Shown here: piece by piece, positions 36,161-45,977 of the stretch | Layout: every line of letters starts with the position of its first letter | Numbering within the stretch: position 1 is the stretch's first letter | DNA from: Flavilitoribacter nigricans DSM 23189 = NBRC 102662 | GTDB taxonomy: Bacteria; Bacteroidota; Bacteroidia; Chitinophagales; Saprospiraceae | Assembly: GCF_002646595.1 (NCBI RefSeq) | Contig: NZ_PDUD01000019.1 | Coordinates: 109,128-173,127, forward strand | Direction: 5' to 3' | DNA length: 64,000 bases | Made by a program: the position numbers and the translations under genes | The notes under the pieces: generated by a model | Database searches by the model: none | Told to the model about the DNA's origin: nothing | The model's input: only the letters and a program-made list of their open reading frames with translations

Positions 36161-38566
36161 ATGGTACAGCAAGACAAGACTGGCTACAAGCTTCAAAAAA
36201 ACCTTTTCCTACCGTTTCTTTTTCTTCTGCTGGGCATGTTCATCACGTCATCCGCCCGCGCCCAATCCGAAAAACGGGATGATCTCTTTTTCAAGGAACG
36301 GCTCGCAAGGGTGGATCCGGACAATATTTTCAAGACCGAGGATTACTACAACTGGGGGCCTTCCATCCTCAGGAGTGCCGACGGGCAGTACCACCTGTTT
36401 TATTCCCGCTGGAAAAAATCCTACGGTTTCACCGGCTGGCTGACCCATTCGGAAATTGCCCACGCCGTTTCCTCCTCTCCGTCCGGTCCCTGGGAATACC
36501 GGGAAACGGCACTCCGGGGAGCCGGCAAGGGCCGCTGGGACGCCATTACGGCCCACAATCCCAAGATCAAATTCTTTGAAGGTAAATACTATCTCTACTA
36601 TATTTCCACCCATCTGGATGAGGAAACTTACGCGGACGATTACCTGCGGGAGATCGCCAAAACGGGGTATCAACACCCCGCCTGGAAGACCCTGCGGACC
36701 AATCAGCGTACGGGGGTAGCGGTGGCAACTTCCCTCGACGGTCCCTGGGAGCGCCTGGATGCGCCCCTGATCGAGCCGTCGGGTCCCATCACCACGCTAA
36801 CCGTCAACCCCGCGATCGACCGGGGTCCGGACGGGAAATACTACCTCATCGTGAAGGGGGACAAACCCAATGAGACCCGCTTCATTCGCAATCAGGCCAT
36901 TGCCATTTCCGATAGTCCGACCGGCCCTTTCCGCATGCAGGACCAACCGGTGATCGACTATCTCGATACCGAGGATGTATCCATGTGGTACGATAGCCAA
37001 CGGAAACAGTTTTACGGGGTGTTCCACGCGCATTCCTTCATCGGCATGATCAATTCCCCCGACGGCATCCACTGGAAAAAGGCCACGGAATACGCGCTGA
37101 CGCCCAAACGCATCCTACTCAGCAACGGTGATACCCTCCGCCCCGATCGCATGGAACGGCCCTTTGTCTACCAGGAAAACGGCGTCCCAGAAGTGTTGAG
37201 TGTAGCGGTTAAAAAAGGTAATGACTCCTACCTGGTATTTATCCCGGTAGAAAAGGCCGAACGTCCGCTGCCGAACCACCGCCAGCTCGCCTGGCAACAA
37301 GCCGAACTGGGGGCCATATTTCATTATGATCTGCACGTCTTCGACGGACAAAAATACGGGCAGGCCGGCAACCGCATTTCTCCTGTGCCGGATTATCAGA
37401 TCTTCCGACCGGAGCAACTGGATACCGACCAGTGGGTCCGGGCGATCAAGGAGGCGGGTTTCACCTTTGCCCTGCTTACCGCCACCCACGAAACCGGGTT
37501 TGCGCTGTTCCAGTCCGAGGTGAATCCCTATTCTATGAAGGCGCTGAATTTTCAGGAGGGCAAAGGGGATCTGGTGCGGGATTTCGTCAACTCCTGCCGC
37601 AAATACGGCATCAAACCCGGCATCTACCTGGGTATCCGCTGGAATTCCTTTTTTGGGGTCCACAACTTTCAGGTCCAGGGTGAAGGGGAGTTCCGGGAAC
37701 AGCGCCAACGGTATTACAACCAGATGGTGGAAGGCATGCTACGGGAGATCTGTACTAATTACGGGGAGCTGTTCGAGATCTGGTTTGACGGTGGTGCGGA
37801 TCATCCCGATAACGGCGTTCCGGACGTCCTGCCCATCGCGCAGCAGTACCAGCCGAACTGCCTGTTCTACCACAATCTCCAACTGGCCGAAGTACGCTGG
37901 GGTGGATCCGAAAGCGGTGCTATGGATTATCCCTGCTGGGCGACCTTTCCGAATCCCTACTCCCACGGCGGCGATACCCACGCCGAACGCATGCGCCTGC
38001 TCAAACAGGGTGATCCGGACGGCGCCTACTGGATGCCCGCCATGGCCGACGCGCCTCTGCGGGGTTATAACGGACGCCACGAATGGTTCTGGGAACCGGA
38101 CGATGAGGCCCACATTTTCCCCGTGGAGAATCTGATGAATATGTACGAAAAATCCGTAGGCCGCAATGCTACCCTCATCGTAGGACTTACTCCCGATCCG
38201 AAGGGACTGATGCCCGAGGCCGATGTGAAACGTTTGCAGGAATGGGGCAATGCCATTAAGGAAAAATACGGAACGCCCCTCGCCCAAACCGGCGGTAAGG
38301 GTCGGGAAATCCAACTACAACTGGAAACCGCCACGCCCATCGGACACGTCATCATTCAGGAAGACATTGCCCAGGGCGAACGCGTTCGCAATTACCGCAT
38401 TGAAATAAAGAACCGGGGCAAATGGCAGGAAGTGGCCAGCGGTATTTCCGTCGGCCACAAGCGTATTCAGGCCTTCGAACCGGTTACGGCCAAGCGGATC
38501 CGGCTGATCATTTCCGAAGCGACGGACGAGGCGCTGATCACGAACTTCTCCGTTTTTAAGCCCTGA
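36161..38566 (+). CDS. multidomain glycosidase: N-terminal GH43-like five-bladed beta-propeller, central GH29 alpha-L-fucosidase domain, C-terminal F5/8-type C (discoidin-like) domain
   Basis: N-terminal 'GPSILRSADGQYHLFY' and 'GKYYLYY' beta-propeller GH signatures. Central region 'LLTATHETGFALFQS' and surroundings resemble the GH29 fucosidase catalytic region. Signal peptide present. Confidence 0.65.
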   Translation: MVQQDKTGYKLQKNLFLPFLFLLLGMFITSSARAQSEKRDDLFFKERLARVDPDNIFKTEDYYNWGPSILRSADGQYHLFYSRWKKSYGFTGWLTHSEIAHAVSSSPSGPWEYRETALRGAGKGRWDAITAHNPKIKFFEGKYYLYYISTHLDEETYADDYLREIAKTGYQHPAWKTLRTNQRTGVAVATSLDGPWERLDAPLIEPSGPITTLTVNPAIDRGPDGKYYLIVKGDKPNETRFIRNQAIAISDSPTGPFRMQDQPVIDYLDTEDVSMWYDSQRKQFYGVFHAHSFIGMINSPDGIHWKKATEYALTPKRILLSNGDTLRPDRMERPFVYQENGVPEVLSVAVKKGNDSYLVFIPVEKAERPLPNHRQLAWQQAELGAIFHYDLHVFDGQKYGQAGNRISPVPDYQIFRPEQLDTDQWVRAIKEAGFTFALLTATHETGFALFQSEVNPYSMKALNFQEGKGDLVRDFVNSCRKYGIKPGIYLGIRWNSFFGVHNFQVQGEGEFREQRQRYYNQMVEGMLREICTNYGELFEIWFDGGADHPDNGVPDVLPIAQQYQPNCLFYHNLQLAEVRWGGSESGAMDYPCWATFPNPYSHGGDTHAERMRLLKQGDPDGAYWMPAMADAPLRGYNGRHEWFWEPDDEAHIFPVENLMNMYEKSVGRNATLIVGLTPDPKGLMPEADVKRLQEWGNAIKEKYGTPLAQTGGKGREIQLQLETATPIGHVIIQEDIAQGERVRNYRIEIKNRGKWQEVASGISVGHKRIQAFEPVTAKRIRLIISEATDEALITNFSVFKP

Positions 38567-38638
38567 CCGAGGCGCCGTCAACAAATTGTTACATTACATT
38601 GAACTATTCGGTGAGTTAACTTCAGAAAATGAAACGAC

Positions 38639-40186
38639 ATGTATAGGATCAACTATTCACTACTACTGGTACTGCTCCTTCTGACCGGCTGTACCGCAGA
38701 AGAGGATGTCTCCAACCACCCCAACATCGTCTACATTCTGGCCGATGACCTCGGCTACGGAGATCTGAGTTTTCTCAATGCTGACTCCAAGATCCAAACG
38801 CCGCATCTGGATCAGCTCGCTGCGGGTGGGCTCCATTTTACGGATGCGCACTCGGGCTCGGCCGTCTGCACGCCCACGCGCTACGGGATATTAACCGGTC
38901 GGTACGCCTGGCGTACGCCGCTGAAACAGGGCGTGCTCTGGCCCTACGATCCGCCACTTATCCAAGGAGAAAGAATAACGGTGGCCGAAATGCTGCGCGA
39001 GCAGGGTTACGCGACCGCCTGTATCGGCAAATGGCACCTGGGCTGGGACTGGCCGCTCACCGGTGGCGGTTACGCCCGGGATTCGCTGCAGGGCTTCGGA
39101 TTCGACCGGGCGGCACGCCTACGGATCGAAGCATCCGTCGATTTCAATAAACCCGTAAATAATGGCCCGCTGAGCCACGGGTTCGATTATTACTTCGGTG
39201 ATGATGTACCGAACTTCCCACCCTATTCCTTCATCGAGAACGATCGTCTGCTGGCTTTTCCCGATCAGGAAAAGCCCGATTCCCTGTTCGGCAATCCGGG
39301 CAAAATGAGCGCCGGTTGGGAACTGGAAGCCGTCATGCCGGCGATCACGGAAAGAGCTGTTTCCTACATTGACGAACAAAGTACGGGCGACCAGCCTTTC
39401 TTTCTCTATTTCACCCTGACCGCCCCGCATACGCCCATCGCTCCGGCGGATGCCTTCAAAGGGAGCAGTCAGGCCGGTGCCTACGGTGATTATGTGCAAC
39501 AGGTAGACTGGACGGTGGGGCAGATCATGCAGGCTCTGCAGGAGGCCGGTATCCGGGAGGAAACGCTCGTCATCTTTACCAGCGATAACGGATCGCCGGC
39601 CCGGGAAGGAGTGAACTGGTCCGGAGCGGTCAGTTCGGTTCTCAAATACGACCATCATCCCAGCTATCATTTTCGCGGTACCAAAGCGGATATCTGGGAA
39701 GGCGGCCACCGGGTGCCCTTCATTGTGCACTGGCCCGCGAAAATAGCCGCGGGTAAGCACTCGGACCAAACGATCTGCCATACGGACTTTATGGCTACCT
39801 GCGCCGCGATTACCGGACAGTCTTTACCGGAACGCACGGCAGAAGATAGTTACAATCTGCTCCCGCTGTTACTCGATCCCCAACGGCAAACTCCCATCCG
39901 GGAAGCCACCGTCCATCATTCGGGCAACGGTTCTTTTGCCATCCGCAAAGGCAAATGGAAACTCATCCTGGATGCCGGCTCCGGCGGTTGGAGTGATCCG
40001 AAAAATGCCCGGGCGCTGGAGGATGGCCTTCCCGCGGTACAATTGTACGAGATGGATACGGATTTCGGAGAACAAAACAATGTGGAAGGCGATCATCCGG
40101 AAGTAGTGCAGGAACTGCGGGCCCTGTTGGAATCCTACCAATCCAGTGGTCGCAGTGTGCCGGTAGGCGATCACGATGGGAAGTGA
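38639..40186 (+). CDS. sulfatase (Cys-type)
   Basis: 'CTPTRYGILTGRYAWR' formylglycine motif, 'IVYILADDLGYGD', lipoprotein signal. Confidence 0.9.
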   Translation: MYRINYSLLLVLLLLTGCTAEEDVSNHPNIVYILADDLGYGDLSFLNADSKIQTPHLDQLAAGGLHFTDAHSGSAVCTPTRYGILTGRYAWRTPLKQGVLWPYDPPLIQGERITVAEMLREQGYATACIGKWHLGWDWPLTGGGYARDSLQGFGFDRAARLRIEASVDFNKPVNNGPLSHGFDYYFGDDVPNFPPYSFIENDRLLAFPDQEKPDSLFGNPGKMSAGWELEAVMPAITERAVSYIDEQSTGDQPFFLYFTLTAPHTPIAPADAFKGSSQAGAYGDYVQQVDWTVGQIMQALQEAGIREETLVIFTSDNGSPAREGVNWSGAVSSVLKYDHHPSYHFRGTKADIWEGGHRVPFIVHWPAKIAAGKHSDQTICHTDFMATCAAITGQSLPERTAEDSYNLLPLLLDPQRQTPIREATVHHSGNGSFAIRKGKWKLILDAGSGGWSDPKNARALEDGLPAVQLYEMDTDFGEQNNVEGDHPEVVQELRALLESYQSSGRSVPVGDHDGK

Positions 40187-40196
40187 GTCGGGTCCC

Positions 40197-40694
40197 TTAC
40201 TTGAACAGGCGACCGACACTAAATCCCGGCCAGAACCCCAGGGATGGTTTCTTTTCCGACAGACGGGTCGGGGTCGGATCCAGCCGAATGTAGGGGAAAC
40301 CGCCGACGCTCACATGGAAGCGGCCACGGGCGGGTTGAAAGCGATAACAAAGGCCCAGCACCAGGTCCACTTTAAAGTCGGACTGATCACGATCCCAAAA
40401 TCGTAGGCCTTCGGAAACGGGCGTAATGGCCATTGTCAACTCGGGGTGATGGTCTTTTCTGCCGCCCAGTAAGGTGAATCCCAGCGGTACGGCCAGAGTT
40501 TGTTCCAGCACGCCCGCTCCGACCCGGAATTGCCCGGACCAGTACCGGCCGGTGAATACCGTACGGGCGTAGTTAAGCGAATAATAGGGTGCCGCCCCAC
40601 CAACTTCCAGAAAAACGGAAGACGTAGTGAATTGGGCGCTGGCCGGGGTTCCAAATAGCATTGCGGCAAAAATGCTCAACAGTCGGATTTTCAT
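40197..40694 (-). CDS. hypothetical outer-membrane beta-barrel-like protein (165 aa)
   Basis: Signal peptide, alternating hydrophobic pattern, C-terminal aromatic residue (…RLFK). Confidence 0.4.
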   Translation of the reverse strand: MKIRLLSIFAAMLFGTPASAQFTTSSVFLEVGGAAPYYSLNYARTVFTGRYWSGQFRVGAGVLEQTLAVPLGFTLLGGRKDHHPELTMAITPVSEGLRFWDRDQSDFKVDLVLGLCYRFQPARGRFHVSVGGFPYIRLDPTPTRLSEKKPSLGFWPGFSVGRLFK

Positions 40695-40748
40695 AGTCTT
40701 GGTTCTGCGAGGGACGAATATACGCAGGTATTTGGTGAAACTATCGGA

Positions 40749-42557
40749 ATGGGCTATTTTACCCTTTCAAAACGAAACCAACTCTACATGAAAGATCTTT
40801 TTCTCCTTTTCCTGCTCGTGCTGCAGGTATTTTGCGGATTTGCCCAATCCACCCAATGGTGGGATCCCACCGATCAGGATTTTCACACCATAGAAGGACA
40901 AGCCTGGCCCGATGAGGTTAAAGCGCCCTACGACCGGCTACCGGCCCGGGCGGAAGGTGTAGTGCGAGATGCCGTCTGGAACCTTTCCCGGCATGCCGCC
41001 GGGCAGTTGATCCGCTTTCGTTCGAATGCGGAAAAGATTACCGTGCGCTACGGCGTCGGCAGTAAAAATTTCGGCAAGACCCACATGCCGGCAACCGGGG
41101 TCAGCGGAGTGGATCTCTACGCCATCAGTAGTGACGGCCAGTGGCTCTGGACCAAAGGTAACCGCAGTTTCGGCGACACGGTCGTTTACCGCTTCAACGG
41201 TTTGAAACCCAACGACGGCTACCACAAATTCGGACGGGAGTACCGACTGTACCTTCCGCTTTACAACAGTGTGGAATGGCTGGAGATCGGGGTCGAAGAA
41301 GGCGATTTTTTCCGGCCGCTGCCGGTACGTCCGGAAAAACCGATCGTTGTTTACGGAACGTCCATTGCCCACGGTGCCTGTGCCTCCCGGCCCGGAATGG
41401 CCTGGACGAATATACTGGGTCGCAAAATGGACCGACCGATGATCAACCTCGCCTTTTCGGGCAACGGCCGGCTGGAGGAGGAAGTCGTCTCTTTTTTGAC
41501 CGAGATCGACCCGGAGATCTACATTGTGGATTGTCTGCCCAACCTGTGGAACGCCGAACTGTACGACGACGCGGAACTGTCCCGGCGGATCCTGGAATCC
41601 GTGCGGCAACTGAAAAAAGCGCATCCCGAAGTGCCGGTCCTACTCACCGAGCACGCCGGCTACACGGATGGCTCTATGGTGCCGGAGCGGCAGGGACTGT
41701 TTACCCGGGTGAATGATATTCAGGAAAAGGCCTTCGAGCAGCTTCGAAAAGAAGGTCTGACGGAGATCCACTACCTGCCCTACGAAGACCTGAACCTGGG
41801 ACTGGACGATATGGTAGACGGCACCCACCCCAACGATCTGGGGATGATGCACTACGCCGAAGCCTACGAGAAAGCCCTGCGGACCATTCTGCAGGAACCC
41901 ACGGGAGCCATCTCCACCACCCAGCCCTGTATTCAGTACCGGGAGCCGGGCAATTACGACTGGGAAGACCGTCACCACGAAATACTGGAGCGCAACCGCA
42001 CCCATCCGCCGAAAATGGTGATTCTCGCCAATTCCATCGTGCATTTCTGGGGCGGCGAACCGAAAGCAAAACTCGCCCGGGAAACGGAGAGTTGGGAAAA
42101 GGGCTTTACGCCTATGGGACTGGCCAATTACGCCTACGGCTGGGATCGGATCGAAAATGTGCTCTGGCGGGTCTACCACGGCGAACTGGACGGCTTTAGC
42201 GCCGAGAAAGTCCTGATTATGATCGGCACCAACAATATGCACCTGAATACCAATCAGGAGATCATGGACGGCCTGAAACTACTGGTCCGGGCCGTACAGG
42301 CCCGCCAGCCCGATGCGGAGATCGTGCTGATGGGGATCCTGCCCCGCCGGGATTACGAAGAACGCATCCGCCAACTCAATACGGGCATCGAATGGCTGGC
42401 CCGCACCAATGGCATCCGGTACAACTTTATTGGAGATGTCTTCCTGCAAGGAGACGGCAAGATCAACGAAGCTTTGTTCTCGGACGGGCTCCATCCGAAT
42501 AAGGCCGGTTACCTGAAGATGCGCGGCCCGCTGGAAGAGATCCTTAAACGTCCTTAA
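40749..42557 (+). CDS. tandem SGNH/GDSL-hydrolase domain protein (putative carbohydrate O-acetylesterase)
   Basis: Two SGNH blocks: 'VVYGTSIAHG ... LAFSGNG ... DGTHPND' and 'ILANSIVHFWGG ... IGTNNM ... DGLHPNKAGY'. Signal peptide. Confidence 0.7.
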   Translation: MGYFTLSKRNQLYMKDLFLLFLLVLQVFCGFAQSTQWWDPTDQDFHTIEGQAWPDEVKAPYDRLPARAEGVVRDAVWNLSRHAAGQLIRFRSNAEKITVRYGVGSKNFGKTHMPATGVSGVDLYAISSDGQWLWTKGNRSFGDTVVYRFNGLKPNDGYHKFGREYRLYLPLYNSVEWLEIGVEEGDFFRPLPVRPEKPIVVYGTSIAHGACASRPGMAWTNILGRKMDRPMINLAFSGNGRLEEEVVSFLTEIDPEIYIVDCLPNLWNAELYDDAELSRRILESVRQLKKAHPEVPVLLTEHAGYTDGSMVPERQGLFTRVNDIQEKAFEQLRKEGLTEIHYLPYEDLNLGLDDMVDGTHPNDLGMMHYAEAYEKALRTILQEPTGAISTTQPCIQYREPGNYDWEDRHHEILERNRTHPPKMVILANSIVHFWGGEPKAKLARETESWEKGFTPMGLANYAYGWDRIENVLWRVYHGELDGFSAEKVLIMIGTNNMHLNTNQEIMDGLKLLVRAVQARQPDAEIVLMGILPRRDYEERIRQLNTGIEWLARTNGIRYNFIGDVFLQGDGKINEALFSDGLHPNKAGYLKMRGPLEEILKRP

Positions 42558-42716
42558 ATCCTTCCGGGGATAGAGACCTGAAGAAACCATAAATAAAATT
42601 CACCGCCAGGGCCCGAAGATTTTTGAAAAAAGCGGCTAACAAGCCTTACGGCTCAGCGGCCCTGGCGGTGAAAAAAATAAAAATTTCAGTAGTGAGGTTT
42701 TACACCACTCCGCCCT

Positions 42717-44006
42717 TTAACCGGTCGAATTGGACAGGGTCGAATACTTGGTGTTTTCGGTATTTACGTAAGTGGATTCACGCACAAACCACCCTACTAC
42801 CGCCAGCGATATAAGCAGTTCAGCGGCGACCACCCACCGCAAAGCGGGCAGAGCGAACCAGTCCGCCGTATACCAGATGATGGCCAGTCCAAACAGGCAG
42901 CGCAAGCCTTCTATCCAAAAGGCGTTTTTATCCTTATCCATCAGCGCTGTGTAGGCGTAGATCGTCAGGAACAGAAAGGCCCCGTAGATGAAAAGGTCCG
43001 GGAAACCGATCTCCTTGAAGTAGAGCAGCAGATGCATCAGCATCAGAGTGGTCAGTACACACTGAAACCACGACCAGGCGTGCAGCGCCGGAGAAGCCCG
43101 GGTATCGAACTTCACCAGGCTGTGCTGGTCTACCGATCTTACGGGGAAGCGCGACTGCACATCCTCCGGTCGCCAGCCCGTAGGCATAAACCAGATCCGC
43201 AGTTTATCCCACCAGCTATTCGTATACCAGGCATCCCGGATCAGCATGAGCAGATGGGCAAAATTCTGCTTGATGGGATTCCAGGTGTCCAGCGGCCGGG
43301 TGCTGCCGTAGACCGGCGGCTCCTCGTCCAGTTCCTCCTGGAAAGTGCCGAACAGGCGATCCCAGATGCAGAATACGCCCGACAGGTTCTTATCGATGTA
43401 GATGTCGTTCAAAGCGTGGTGCACCCGGTGCTGGGAAGGTGTAACGATGATGTATTCCAGCACCCCCAGTTTGCCGATATGCGGCGTGTGGATCCAAAAT
43501 TGCAGCAGGAAATGAACAGGCGTAAGTATGGCAACGACTTCCGGTGGCACCCCCAGGAGCGCGGCCGGAAACATAAAAATGAAAAACAGGCTGACAAATT
43601 CGGAAATAGGCTGCCGCAGGGCTACGGCCAGATTGTATTCTTCACTGGTATGGTGCACCACGTGTTTATTCCAGAAAAAGTTGACTTCATGGGATAGCCG
43701 GTGACTCCAGTAAGTGGCAAAATCGAGGGATAGAAACGCGATCAGGTAGGTTTGCCAGCTCGCCTGCACCTCGTAAATGGCCAGATGGGTCTCCATCTTC
43801 TCGTAGCCGATGATAAATACCGTAAGTCCCAGCACACTTTTCAGGGTGTTGGCTACACCGCTGCTGATACTGGAGATGGTATCCAGACTGCGAAAGACCC
43901 TGGTCCCCTTGCACCAGGAATACCCCGCCTCAAGGATCACAAAAGAAAAAAGCATCGGAATAGCGTACAACAGCACATTGGCGTAAGCCTCCATTGGAGT
44001 ATCCAT
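42717..44006 (-). CDS. fatty acid hydroxylase / sterol desaturase superfamily membrane protein
   Basis: His-box motifs 'HRLSHE', 'HVVHH', 'HRVHHALN' in a polytopic membrane protein. Confidence 0.7.
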   Translation of the reverse strand: MDTPMEAYANVLLYAIPMLFSFVILEAGYSWCKGTRVFRSLDTISSISSGVANTLKSVLGLTVFIIGYEKMETHLAIYEVQASWQTYLIAFLSLDFATYWSHRLSHEVNFFWNKHVVHHTSEEYNLAVALRQPISEFVSLFFIFMFPAALLGVPPEVVAILTPVHFLLQFWIHTPHIGKLGVLEYIIVTPSQHRVHHALNDIYIDKNLSGVFCIWDRLFGTFQEELDEEPPVYGSTRPLDTWNPIKQNFAHLLMLIRDAWYTNSWWDKLRIWFMPTGWRPEDVQSRFPVRSVDQHSLVKFDTRASPALHAWSWFQCVLTTLMLMHLLLYFKEIGFPDLFIYGAFLFLTIYAYTALMDKDKNAFWIEGLRCLFGLAIIWYTADWFALPALRWVVAAELLISLAVVGWFVRESTYVNTENTKYSTLSNSTG

Positions 44007-44025
44007 AATTGCAAAATTTCTGGGT

Positions 44026-44748
44026 TTACGGCTTTTCGGCCACTACAAAATCACTTACCCCGCGGAAACAGGTTTTACTGTGCCGGATACGGAAACCGGC
44101 CGCCTCAATGGCTTCACAAAATTCTCCGTGACTGTGCGTCCAGTAGCCTCCCTGGCGTTGTATCTCGCGGATATAGGCGTTTTGCCGACTCACTTCCTTC
44201 CCCTCGCGCATGATCTCCAGCGTTTTTTTGAATCCGTATTTCCGCAGCAGGTGCCAGCCGATCGCCAGTTGCCAGTCCAGCACATTGACAATACGGCCGG
44301 CGTTGACCAGTACGGCCGGGCGGCCCGGCTCCAGCCATTCGTACATGTTTTGCAGCACCTTTGCGGGATCCGGAAAAGTGTAAAGGGCGTGGATGCTGAT
44401 CAGGCCCTGCAGTGAGTCGGGGGCCAGCTTAATTTCATCCACCCCCAGGGAACGGATCTGGTGATTCGACAGTTCCAGCCGGTACTTCTTTTGGGCCGCC
44501 TGTTCGTTCATACCTTCATCCTTATCGATGTGCAGGACGGTCGCCTGGGGAAAGTTTTGGGCCATGGCCAGAGAGTAGTTACCGGTACCGGCGCCGATGT
44601 CGGCCAGAACCGCACCGGAGGGTACCGACCATTTTCCGACCTCCTGCATCACCTGTCGGTGCAGTTTTTGGTAGAATGGGTTGTAGTCAAATAAGATATC
44701 GTATTTCTGGGCGTAGGTTCCCCAGCTTAGCGTTTGGGCCGTAGGCAT
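44026..44748 (-). CDS. class I SAM-dependent methyltransferase
   Basis: 'LADIGAGTGNYSLA' SAM-binding motif. Confidence 0.75.
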   Translation of the reverse strand: MPTAQTLSWGTYAQKYDILFDYNPFYQKLHRQVMQEVGKWSVPSGAVLADIGAGTGNYSLAMAQNFPQATVLHIDKDEGMNEQAAQKKYRLELSNHQIRSLGVDEIKLAPDSLQGLISIHALYTFPDPAKVLQNMYEWLEPGRPAVLVNAGRIVNVLDWQLAIGWHLLRKYGFKKTLEIMREGKEVSRQNAYIREIQRQGGYWTHSHGEFCEAIEAAGFRIRHSKTCFRGVSDFVVAEKP

Positions 44749-44896
44749 AATGGTCTGGTTTTAATAGGGTGTCTGGAGTTTGAGATCTGAAATGTTTTGG
44801 GTGAAAGCTTGCCGCACAGGACGATCTGCCGGTAATGGAAACCGGGTCTACCTGCGTCTTTCCTCTACCGGCATCGACGGACCGTTCCGGTCGCGA

Positions 44897-45622
44897 TCAG
44901 GCTACCTTGCGTTGATGATCGATGAGGGAAAGCTTTGCCTGTTCGGCAAACCGGGCTACATCCTCCTCGTTGTATTCCGGCATACCGCGTTTCAGGATCG
45001 CGCCCAGGCAGGATTCGGACCGATTGATCAACAGAGAGATCTCCGCATCAATCCAGTCATACTGACGAGGCGTATCCGAAATGGGATTCAGTCCCAGGAA
45101 GCGCTGGTAAAAAGCGATGTGATTGGACTGCACGGAGGTAATGATGTACTCGCACTGGTGAAAAGCGGAGTTCAGGCCGTGCGCCCGGAACAGCAGGAAC
45201 TGGGCAAAGATGGAATGACGGCCCTGGAAGTCCGGATCGATCGCAAAACGATTAGATTCCAGCAGGGGTACTTTTTCGCCCAATTTAGCGGTCAGTTCTT
45301 TTTCGAAGAAGTGGACGCCTTCGGTGGGTAGCCAGTTATAAGCTTCGGAGTAAACGCAGCTTCGGATGGTGGCTACCGGTTTGCCGGCGTTCCAGACCAG
45401 GAAGATGCGAACGTTCGGCGCAAAATCGTAATCGTCGTAGAGCATGCCTTCTTCGTTTACGGGAATCATTCCGGCCTGGAGATAGGAGCGGTAGCGGATC
45501 TGGAAAGCGAGCTGGCGACTTTCCGGGCTTAAGCATACTTCCAAGGTGAAATCGCCGTGTACGCTTACAATTTGACTTTCAGACGGTTGGGTTGCAACCT
45601 GACAAGCGGATACCTGTTTCAT
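44897..45622 (-). CDS. GNAT-fold N-acyl amino acid synthase-like (FeeM/OlsB-like, Acetyltransf_5-type) protein
   Basis: Size (241 aa) and conserved pattern ('…LESNRFAIDPDFQG…') resemble N-acyltransferases that make N-acyl amino acid lipids. Weak by-eye assignment. Confidence 0.4.
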   Translation of the reverse strand: MKQVSACQVATQPSESQIVSVHGDFTLEVCLSPESRQLAFQIRYRSYLQAGMIPVNEEGMLYDDYDFAPNVRIFLVWNAGKPVATIRSCVYSEAYNWLPTEGVHFFEKELTAKLGEKVPLLESNRFAIDPDFQGRHSIFAQFLLFRAHGLNSAFHQCEYIITSVQSNHIAFYQRFLGLNPISDTPRQYDWIDAEISLLINRSESCLGAILKRGMPEYNEEDVARFAEQAKLSLIDHQRKVA

Positions 45623-45977
45623 AACGGTTTAGTTTTTAAATAATTCGTTTATATTTGATCGAATGGGTTAGAGCGAAATCTGGATGAGATGAGAATGAAA
45701 AAGCAAGAAATGATCTATTACAAAGGTAGGCGGGAAAGCGGTTGCCGGCTTATCAGCTATGTTGCATAAACCTTCAATTTTTCTTCATCAAATGTTGCAT
45801 AATTCACTTATGTCGCATGAAATATTTCATAATTAACAATACGTCTTCTGCCTTCGCCGGGACAAAAAAAGGAGCTCGTCCCCGCGTGGCTTTTCCGGTA
45901 AAGACGAACGGAAACAGGCCGCGGAAGCAGTGAATTTCTCCAAGAATCCTACAACACTTTAATGCTTAAAAACACCA

